Positions 54,801-64,000 of a stretch of 64,000 bases of DNA are shown here, piece by piece. Made by a program: the position numbers and the translations under genes. The notes beneath the pieces were generated by a model, which had not been told where the DNA came from, ran no database searches, and saw only the letters and a program-made list of their open reading frames with translations. This stretch comes from Tubiluchus corallicola (Eukaryota > Animalia > Priapulida): contig JAQGDQ010000131.1 in assembly GCA_030141605.1 (NCBI GenBank), forward strand, positions 310,001 to 374,000, read 5' to 3'. Each line of letters starts with the position of its first letter. Within the stretch, counting starts at the first letter, position 1.

Positions 54801-56183
54801 CAAATATTTATGCACATGTATACAAAAAATAATCAACTGAGTTGTGCATACGCAGAGCATAAAACACAAAACAAGCAAAAACTTCTGACAATGGTTGGAC
54901 TAAATAATAAAAAACGAAGAAAAAACTTACAGTGCTTGTTTTGTTTGTTTGAATGCATTTTTGTTTATTCATATGCGTGTTTGTTTAACTGTTTGCTTGT
55001 TTGTTTGATTGTTCGTTCGTTTGCTTATTTTTTGTTTGAATTTTATTCTAAACTGCGTATCAAGACGTTTCTGGAGTACCATTTTTAAACAGTAACTTTT
55101 AACTGTCTTGTATCCCATTACAATATTTCAGTATCTGCTTTTCTCTAATTTGAGCTACGAAAAAAGTTTCACAAATAAAATAATTATTGCTGGAAACAAA
55201 ACTTGGATTATGTCTAAACGTAGCGGGAGATGCAGTTACTCATTTAGGCTGCATTTCCAACTCATATAAAGGTAAAATCGGAAAGGAATAGCCACCATTC
55301 TGCTCTGATTAGAGTTTATTTATTTCATTATTCGGCAGCAATAAATAAGCTTTTATGGCAACAGTTTTTGCGAGAGAAAGATACAAGGTGTTCAATTGAA
55401 CCGTCGTAAATTGCGTAATTACTTTTCCGTTTTTCAAACAAAAAACGCACACGAGTCGCGCAAATTTGATAAAGCTAGCAGTTTTGACAAGGTACGTGTG
55501 TGTGAAAGTGAGAGATTTTGATTTTGATTTTAAGTCTTTAATGCAAACTCTAGGTTCATATATACAAAAATACATTCAGGACAAGAAATTACATACAACA
55601 GTTATAAATATTTACAATTATAATGACCTGGTTAGTAGCACACAGATTAAATGAATGAATAAACTATAAAAAAATTACAGCGGCAAGGCATTACCGAAAG
55701 CAATAAAGAAGTTCTATCCATTTCTTTCTGCTAGAAGAAGTAAAGAAAGCGTCACATTCACTTAAATGCTTACAAATATCATTCTCACTAATAGCAAGTC
55801 TATTACAAAGACTAAGCACGCACTTTCTATTGATAACATCGAAGTATTTTATATTGAGATTTGTAGTAATATTTCTAGAGAGAGAGAGAAAGAAAGAGCG
55901 AACGAGAGAGACAGAGACGGAAAAAGAAAAAGAGAACGGAAAATGAAATAAAAAAGAAGAAATCGGCACGAAAAAATGAGGTGAGGAGTGGGAGAACCCC
56001 CCTCTCACTCTCTCTGAGAGAGTGGGATAGAACAAGGACAATAGAGAAAGAGAAATGTATAAATTTAAATCCTACAAACAACAGAACGACATAGACACGT
56101 GATACTAATATCGACTATTTCTATTGGTTCTGTTTGGCGTGACACATATTAGCCCTTTCTCACAAATACAAAGCGAGTTTGAA

Positions 56184-58470
56184 ATGAAAATTTTCCTGAT
56201 GTCTCTCTGTCTGATTCTTATCAATTGCATCCTTCTAACCGCTGTAGATTCTCTTGCTAACTAGAAAAAAGAAGCCATTTAACCCCAACGTAATCAAGTG
56301 ATTCCTGTAAGTAGTCAAAGCGCTTTACATGCATGTATATGATAGCTGACAAGGGAGCCAAGGTAATCAGAACTTCCTCAAGTATTGAGACATTTAAGAA
56401 TGTCTTGTAATATACTTTCTATTTGTTTAAATATAAGACTCGTTTTACCATTTGACGTCGTGTTGCGTGGGAGTAATATAACCTGGCATAATTTACAAGA
56501 AAAATAGTGGGATTTTTTTATTATGCTTAACTGTGTATGTACTATACGGCTTGAAAGCTTATAAGATGAAAATAAAGGTCAAGGGAGGCGGGTGCGTCAG
56601 AGATTTAAGAAATATTAAAGTAGAGTGAACGTAACTGTTAAAGTAAAAATAAGAGAAACAAAGGAAAAAACCATGAAAAATAGAAACAGAAGTAAAAGTG
56701 AGAGCAAAAAGCAAAAACAACAGTAATATAATAGTAAATTACAAAGATAAGGCAAAGACAGCGAAATAACTTAGTAGTTATAAAATACAAATAAAGCTAA
56801 AGGAATCCATAAAGGAAAGAAAGGAAGGAACAACTAATGAAAAGTATAGTAAAAATGAAAGTAAAGGGAGAAAATTGATGACTTGAAAGATAAAGATTTT
56901 CTCAGAGAAAAAGTAAAATGAAGACAAATGTGCAGATAAAAATGAAAGTTACTGATTTGAATAAACTAAGGACAAACATATCGCAAATAAATAAAAAAGT
57001 AAGGGTAGGGAAAAAGAACTAGTGATGGTACAACAGAATCAAAGAAAGAGGTGAAGATGAATAAATAGATCAGTGGAGAAAAAAAAATTAAATAGGTCAG
57101 TGGAGAAACAAAGATTAAAAAGCAAATTCAATTAGAGAACGAAAGCTACGTAATGTTATTTAAAAATGAAACAGCGATTTGAAACATCCGTAAATGACAT
57201 ACGGGTGATAAAGTACGTACAGAGAGGAGTCCACTTTCTAGGCCAATATCTACCGAGTTATACCTGACCAACAGACGGTACAGCTCGATTTAAAACTACA
57301 CGTGTTACATGACGTATTTTAAACTACCAGTCGAAAGCTGAACTCAAATAATGCTGCGTAAAAATAACACCAAATAAATTCATAACTTATTAAACAAAAT
57401 GAAATTCAGTATGAAAATCCAACACAAAGATTTAGGCTGCAAATTTTCTGTTTGTATTCAAATCATCAACAAGCAAAGAATGAGACGCAAATGAATTCAA
57501 AAATTATATTTACAGTACTAATACCGGAATAATCACTTGATATTTATGATAATCATTTCGCACTCATCACCCAATACATGTCCTGTCCTTTCATAATAAG
57601 ATTTTGTGGGCGAGCCCCTAACCATGTTTCGCGTGTAACGATTGCTTGGTTTCCCCATCTGTGTCATTAACGCTCTTGCTAGTACACAAAGGTTCGTTCT
57701 GCTCTTTTATGAATAGAAAGGCTTGGTATTATTATTTATTTGCGCTTGCCACTGTGATTGATTATACCTGGGTAAATAACATAATTGATTTTCCACAATA
57801 AAACACACCAGAGTTGCAACCAGAATTGTGCAAAACATATATAACACCTTTTATACAGAAAGTAATTGAACAGCCTTCTCTCTTTTCTCTGGCTGAACTA
57901 TAACAGTGTCATTTAATAAAAGACAAGCAGCGTACTAGTAGGCGTCAAGCACGGATGAACATAAAAGTGTCTAGACCTAACATTTGTAACCCGGCAGCCA
58001 ATCTTTCTCTGCAGTCAGCTTTTGGTTGTCTCTGTAAGGAAATACCCTCCAATTACAAACTTTCTTCTTTTTGTGGAAAAACGCGAAAAGATCATGGTTC
58101 GTGCAATTTTCTGCGCGACAGCATAACTGGAAAATTCAAGAAACTCAAGAGGTTGGAGAACTGCAGTCTTATTATCGCAAAGTAGATAAAGAATCGCTTT
58201 ACATCGTCCAAAAACTGGCTTCAGATGGTATGTGGAAATTAAATTATTTTAAAATATAAATAATGTTACAGGGACGAAATGTCATTTATTTTCGACCCCT
58301 CCCTTGTGACTAATTTGTCCGAACGAAGCCATTGCATTGTGGCGTTGAATACCAGGTGTAAAACCGTCGCTATGGAATGGCCTTACCGGTTCAGTGGGCT
58401 GACGCGCAGGTGCGTTTTCAATCTCAGCATTTGTTCCGCAATGGCAACCAACATGGATCACAATGGTTAC
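56184..58470 (+). pseudogene. Spliced pseudogene of a secreted protein (candidate exons 56184-56306, 58015-58227, 58272 to about 58470)
   Basis: Exon 1 reads MKIFLMSLCLILINCILLTAVDSLAN*KKEAI*PQRNQVIP and is followed by GTAAGT. The acceptor tctttctctgcAG at 58014 continues in phase (SAFGCLCKEIPSNYKLSSFCGK..., 56 open codons). A second GT-AG intron of 44 nt lies at 58228-58271. Several premature stops. Confidence 0.55.
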
Positions 58471-59729
58471 TTAAATTAACTCAAGTTACTTAAATTTATA
58501 ACTCCACTTCGTTTTACACATTTTGTTGTTTTTGGAACAAGTATACCTTTCGGAACATGCGTACCATCACCACCATCCGGTCTCAATGCCAGTTAATATT
58601 GTTCAAAAATTAAACATTATTACCATTATTGATGTCTGCAGCTATGGAATCAATGATGAGTTCCATCTAAACCCGGAAGACCAAATCGCAACTTTGATAT
58701 TGCGAAAACAGTTGAAAAGAATAGTGAAGATATGTTAGGTCAAGTATTAGTGTAATGAATCCGATCAATGGTCAAGTGATAATTATCACACGCATTCACA
58801 GCAAAAACGAAAAGTGGCTACATAACTATTAAAAGTTTAGCGGCGCAATGGCAAGTTTTTGTTAAATTTGTTTTAAAGCGTAGTTTTGATTTTTTTAAAC
58901 TTATCAGTGGATATTGTAGCTTGTTTAAGTTCACGTGAAATCTAAGTTCACTTGCCAGTTGGAACTACAATGATGTTATGATTCCTCTTTGATTTCTTTG
59001 ATACTATTTAAGCTGGTTCTTTTACAAGCTTTCGGATATCGTGATCTAGAAAAAAGGTGTTTGAAGGTTTTCGAAAGTTTCATCATACAGCATACTAATA
59101 ATTTCCATCGGTACACTTTGTTTTAATACGCGTCAGAACAAATTTCACTGAATATCAGCTTTACCGCCGTGGCTGGGTTTGACGGTCGAGGAAAAATTGG
59201 CCGAAACCTGATCCCGGTCAGTTTACCCCTGATGATTCGGAGTGTGGTGTCGCTATGTGTGTTGCCTTAGAAAGTATGCAATTTTCTTGACGAAGAAATG
59301 CTTAGAATTTATTTTTTAAATCGAGTTTTATAATGTTAATGCCAGATGCTTGGAAGCGTTTCTTGCCCTTTGCCTTTTTAACAGATAAAATGTGATTGTA
59401 ATTTCGCATATGATTAATACAATGGAATAGACTTATGTCGCAAAAAGCCAAAGTGGAAGTACTTTGAAATTACAAAAAGGAGCTAAATAATGTAGAGTAA
59501 AAACTTTAAGGTTGTAATTAAATCACATTTATTAACTTGCCGTAGTTCAATTTGTTTTGACTTTGCGGAAATCACAATGTAGAATTACTTATGCAAATTA
59601 AGCTTCGACACCAGGGAGTGCGCCAGTTAGGTGGCTATACGCCTAAAAGCCATTCGGGTCAAAGCACCCCATTTGTTACTACCAGTTTTTGTGGACGCTG
59701 AAACTCTGTGACGCAGAAAATCGCTTTGT

Positions 59730-61721
59730 TTATTTTCCTTTCCACATTTTCATTTGATCAGTTATCTCTCTGCATTCACGAGTACTGGCATCCAAAGCAT
59801 ATCCTTTTTCACAGTAAGCTGGACAGCCATCTCTATCCATAATGGTATCCTTTATCAATAATTTACATTTTCCTACAGTACCAGAAGCGTATTCACAGGG
59901 ATCGCTGCAAATACCAACTCTCTCTTCTTTAGTAATATAATCTGGTAGACAAACTGCACCTGGTGGCTTACATGTTCTGCTTTCATTTCTCTTTCCCATT
60001 GATATTCCGCAAGGTATGCAAGGAAAATAGTTCCATCTACGCCATGTGCCGATTTCAGGCTTTTCAGTAGTTGTTGTGGTCATTGACTTTTTCGGTATGT
60101 CAACGCACTGGAATGTTTCCTGATCGATTGCATATCCTTCTAAACAGTAACTTTTGCAATTTTTTTGGTTTTTTAACTCCTTATTTTCTAAGACAATACA
60201 GTTACCTACTCCTCCATGGTTTTTGTATGGACAAGGATCGCCACAAACGCGCTTACTCAACTCTTTATCAATTTCATCTTGTCCACAAACAGAACCTTGT
60301 GGTTGGCAATTTCTGACTAGTTTTTGTTCTCCCAAGGGAGTACCACAAGGTTCACATTTTGTGGTAGGACCCCACATGCTCCATGTACCAGCTGGCCCAC
60401 GTGATCCTGCACTTCCACCTACTTGACCTTGATCACTAAATTCCGGGAAAGTTATTTCCTGCTCTTGTTCAATTTTTGTTGTCGTTATTGTTTTTGCTGT
60501 CGTTGTAGTGGAAGTAGTTTTTGGAATAACGACACACAACAGTAACTCTTTATCAAGTGCATAACCTTCCTGGCAGAAATATTGGCAGTTTTCTTCAGTA
60601 TAAATTACTTCATTATCAATAACCACACAACTTTTAGGATTTTTAGAATCTTGCTGGCAGGGAGCTGCACAGTCAACAATACGTGATTCGGTTTTTGTAT
60701 TATTTGCTCCACAAGCAAATCCGGTTGGTTCACACATTCGAACTTCTGTTTGTTTTCCTAAAGTAGTGCCACAAGGTTTGCATTCTGTCTCAGTTTTCCA
60801 CTTACCCCAGGTGCCTTCAATTCGTTCTTGTTTTTCTTGTTGATCTTGCATTAAGGTCACTGTTGTTGGTAATGTTGTTGTAGTCGTCGTCGTCGTCGTT
60901 GTTGTTGCTGATGTAGTTGTTGGAATAACAACACACAACAGTAACTCTTTATCAAGTGCAAAACCTTCCTGACAGAAGTATTGGCAGTTTTCCTCTGTAT
61001 AAACCACTTCATTATCAACAACCACACAACTTTTAGGATATTTAGAATCTTGCAAACAAGGAGCTGCACAATCGACAAATCTCGATTCTCTGTCCGTTTT
61101 GCTTAAGCCACAAACAGATCCTTTTGGTTCACATAGTCGAACTTCAGTTAGCTTCCCACTTGTAGTACCACAAGGACTGCATTCCGTCTCAGCTTTCCAA
61201 TAGCTCCATGTGCCTGCGAATTTTGTTGTTTGTTGCTGACCAGAAGATAGCTCAATTTGGTTTCCATGCCTGTGTTCTACAGGTAGGTCAGTTGGTACTT
61301 GTGATGGAATTTGCAACTCTTGGTCACGATCAACACAGGAGGCATTCATGCTCGCACAAAACAAGCCATCACTACACTGGTAAGCAATTTTTGGGCAGCT
61401 GTATTTGTTGCAGTCCGCTTCATCACTTCCATCATCGCAATGTGAAAAACCATCACATTTGAATCTTATCCTATAGCACTGTTGGCCATTTTTACATTTG
61501 AGAAAACTTTCCTTGCACCAGAACAGACCACATTTTTTTTGTTTCCCTTGACAATCTGCAACGTTGGTGCAGTCAAAAACGTCTGGAATACATTGCACGC
61601 TTCCAGGAAACTGATCTAAACAGTTGCATTCAGCTTTTTCGCCTTTTTGGCCTTGCGAGTTTCTTAACAGTAACAATCTAATCATGAATGGAAATAATAA
61701 GTGAAAGTTCACTTCAGCCAT
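59730..61721 (-). CDS. Single-exon secreted Cys-rich mosaic protein: LDLa repeats plus 4 x (TSP1-like + EGF/CCP-like) modules with Thr-rich linkers, 663 aa
   Basis: 1992-bp open frame in AT-rich DNA, with ATG in cactATGG context and a hydrophobic N-terminus. Canonical LDLa at aa 69-104 (CDGFSHCDDGSDEADC), with degenerate LDLa units on either side. Four GTWxxW...CxPCG...R.C...C...C...C-C...CxxxCxEG[FY]A[LI]D...C modules start at 61214, 60815, 60389 and 60050. Several differences between modules 1 and 2 are synonymous. AATAAA occurs at the stop and at 59528-59533. Confidence 0.92.
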   Translation of the reverse strand: MAEVNFHLLFPFMIRLLLLRNSQGQKGEKAECNCLDQFPGSVQCIPDVFDCTNVADCQGKQKKCGLFWCKESFLKCKNGQQCYRIRFKCDGFSHCDDGSDEADCNKYSCPKIAYQCSDGLFCASMNASCVDRDQELQIPSQVPTDLPVEHRHGNQIELSSGQQQTTKFAGTWSYWKAETECSPCGTTSGKLTEVRLCEPKGSVCGLSKTDRESRFVDCAAPCLQDSKYPKSCVVVDNEVVYTEENCQYFCQEGFALDKELLLCVVIPTTTSATTTTTTTTTTTLPTTVTLMQDQQEKQERIEGTWGKWKTETECKPCGTTLGKQTEVRMCEPTGFACGANNTKTESRIVDCAAPCQQDSKNPKSCVVIDNEVIYTEENCQYFCQEGYALDKELLLCVVIPKTTSTTTTAKTITTTKIEQEQEITFPEFSDQGQVGGSAGSRGPAGTWSMWGPTTKCEPCGTPLGEQKLVRNCQPQGSVCGQDEIDKELSKRVCGDPCPYKNHGGVGNCIVLENKELKNQKNCKSYCLEGYAIDQETFQCVDIPKKSMTTTTTEKPEIGTWRRWNYFPCIPCGISMGKRNESRTCKPPGAVCLPDYITKEERVGICSDPCEYASGTVGKCKLLIKDTIMDRDGCPAYCEKGYALDASTRECREITDQMKMWKGK

Positions 61722-62785
61722 AGTGGGTGGAATCCGTTCTGAAAAAAATCGAAGTGGAAAAGTTCGAGATTCTTTGCTGTAACTTCGTAATGCAGCACAA
61801 TAATTTGTGAGACGTCATCGCGACCAAATGAACAATCAGAATAATAATAACAAAGGATTGTAGTTCAGTTCATTCTAATATTGCTTTGTCAACGTATTCA
61901 CGGTGAAACGTTTAATCATTTATTTTAAAAAAATTGTCACAACAGTTGCATACCGAGAGGACTAGATAAAAAAGAAAAAAGCGTGCATCATTAAAACTCG
62001 TGATGATCGTATCTGCAACAACATCCTTTCCAGAAAACCTAACAGTTTTATAAATAAATAATTCTTGTTTTCATTGTATGAAGCAATTACTTATGTTGAG
62101 ATTCAAGTGTTAGCACGTAAATGGCGATGCTACTTCTGAGATTTCTTTCACGGTATATTTGACAAATAAAAACGTGAAGAAATGTCTAAAAGTATCAGAT
62201 AAAAAATAAAATCTATTTGTGCATTTTAATTTAGACAGAGGACGATGGCCCAGTGAGGTTCGTAGATAATAAGATTTTCACCGATAGTATGTTTTATGAA
62301 ATGAGTTATCAATACACGTTTCAATATGAAAAATGTGAGTCTTTCAAAAATTTCCCTAAAATGCTTAAGCATACTAAAAATAGTTTTTGCTCTTCTGGAA
62401 AAATAAAGTTTGCACTTCCACATAAATTTCCACTTTACCGGCCTTTTTCTTATGCAAAATTTCGAGACGGTTACCGTTTCGCTGCTTTAACAACGTAGAC
62501 AAGTTTCAGAAACTTTCCACTTATGAATGATAGGATGCATGACAAGTTTTCGAACTTTTTTGTTCCTAATCAGACAAGCAGGCAGAAATATCAGAGTGTA
62601 ATTGCAAATCATATCTTATAACTTAGTATTTCGTCGCTTGTTTCGATTATTTGTGAGTCGTGGTGACTGTCGAGAACGTTGGTTAACATATGTTGAAAAG
62701 TTACATTCTAATAATTATTACGTATAAGAAGGTGCAGATTACGATTTTTTGAGTCACGTGTTTTGTTCCTGTGAGTTTATTTCCT

Positions 62786-62965
62786 GCGAATTACTGTCTA
62801 GCGTGAACGCCTCAGCGAGTTACTGTCTAGTGTGAACGCCTCAGCGAGTTACTGTCTAGCGTGAACGCCTCAGCGAGTTACTGTCTAGTGTGAACGCCTC
62901 AGCGAGTTACTGTCTAGTGTGAACGCCTGAGCGAGTTACTGTCTAGTGTGAAACCTTAGCGAGTT
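62786..62965. repeat. 29-bp minisatellite, 6 copies
   Basis: Unit ttactgtctagYgtgaacgcctcagcgag at 62791, 62820, 62849, 62878, 62907 and 62936. Decayed relatives continue to about 63090. Confidence 0.96.
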
Positions 62966-64000
62966 GCTCTCGACACTTCTCGCAGTGAATACAGAAGGGA
63001 GCTTCAGCTCGAGCTTACTGTCGGAGAGTAACTCTCAGCGAGTTTTGCTTTCAATCTCAACACGCATGCGAGTTACATGGCGAGAAAGCTCGAAAGTTTG
63101 AACCGGTCTTTGGCGTATGCATCTATTTTTTAGAATATTGGAACAACTGTAGTTCCTAATCTTCGTACAAGTATCTAATGGTTCATGCTACAGGAAGCTC
63201 CGGGTATTAATGAATCATACCGGGATTAGCCAGTATAATGAATCAATGGAATAACGAAACGAGTATTATTAATAAAACTGTTCAATCAACTAATGAAACT
63301 TATAAAATAACTTTCGCTGATGAAACGCAAGCTATAAAATAACAAGAATAAAATCCGTGGTAGCATTTCAACGTCTAATTTCGTTTCTTTGAGAGAGTGT
63401 CTAATTATATCAGCGGATACAATGTTTGTGTGTCTATTAGCTTAAGCAGCTTATCCTGTTAAGAAATGCGTTGCTTCACCATTCGCCTTTGAGGATGAGG
63501 ATTAGTGCGAAAATTACTAAAGCATGAAGTCGCAATTGGATAGATTAGTGAACGACATACCTCAAATCAGGAATACAAGCTGGTACCTGCATCATTAGTT
63601 GCTAAACTCCACTTCAAGAATGAACTTCCAATAAGCTGAATATCTTACATATTATTGTAATCAGCAAAGACTGAAAGTATCCTAAATTTTAAGTCCTTTA
63701 TAACTATGCAAAGAATAACAAGACTAAATTATTCAGATCCAAATCTCCGAGCATGACTGTATTAATCACTTGACAGACTGAATGAGTTTAGATCAAAATC
63801 CGTGTGCATGACTGTGTTTATCACTGGACTACTTCTATTCTAGAGCGCCTTTCTCATAGGTGATTGAGCATAACAGTTTGCCCTTATTTTCACATTTTGG
63901 CTCCTATCTTGGGCCCTTCAGTAATCATAACTTTTCAACTATACCATTGTGTGAGCCTGTACCGCAGGTGCCTATCCTACAAATTTCGGGATTCTACATA

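Noticed and set aside
56560-57140. Long A/G-rich tract (also 11110-11300 and 55875-56060)
   Set aside because: Low-complexity sequence with no periodic unit or credible ORF.
58272-58470. Selenocysteine readthrough of three in-frame TGAs
   Set aside because: The same gene also carries TAG and TAA stops and no SECIS was seen; decay is the simpler explanation.
59195-59240. Hammerhead-like motif (ccGAAAcc...ggtc...CTGATGA)
   Set aside because: Stems I and II do not pair, so the topology fails.
60071-61462. Short overlapping ORFs (60071, 60154, 60857, 61208)
   Set aside because: Antisense or alternative-frame shadows of the 663-aa CDS.
61635-61655. Collagen domain (GQKGEK) in the 663-aa protein
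   Set aside because: Only two Gly-X-Y triplets are present.
62786-62965. CRISPR-like array (29-bp repeats); likewise the 27-bp and 53-bp arrays
   Set aside because: Units are head-to-tail with no unique spacers, there are no cas genes, and the context is eukaryotic.

Overview
AT-rich eukaryotic (metazoan) DNA, mostly intergenic and repeat-laden. An invertebrate such as a tunicate is plausible, but the taxon cannot be established from this window. One convincing intact gene is present: a single-exon 663-aa ORF (59730-61721, minus) encoding a probably secreted Cys-rich mosaic protein with LDLa repeats, then four copies of a 10-Cys TSP1-like plus EGF/CCP-like module separated by Thr-rich linkers. 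Two decayed genes are readable by eye: an intronless trypsin-like serine protease with all three catalytic motifs (about 1.6-2.4 kb) and a spliced, signal-peptide-bearing pseudogene (56.2-58.5 kb). Mobile DNA includes a 5'-truncated RTE-X-like LINE with an LMDD catalytic motif, a CR1/L2-like RT remnant, a clean 236-bp hAT-type MITE with an 8-bp TSD, MULE-like elements with 15-bp subterminal arrays, a Penelope-type minimal hammerhead remnant and a three-copy dispersed repeat. Tandem repeats include 27-, 29-, 53- and about 125-bp units and a 1.2-kb compound pentanucleotide satellite. No rRNA, intact tRNA or CRISPR array was seen. All family calls are from motif recognition by eye; no searches were run.
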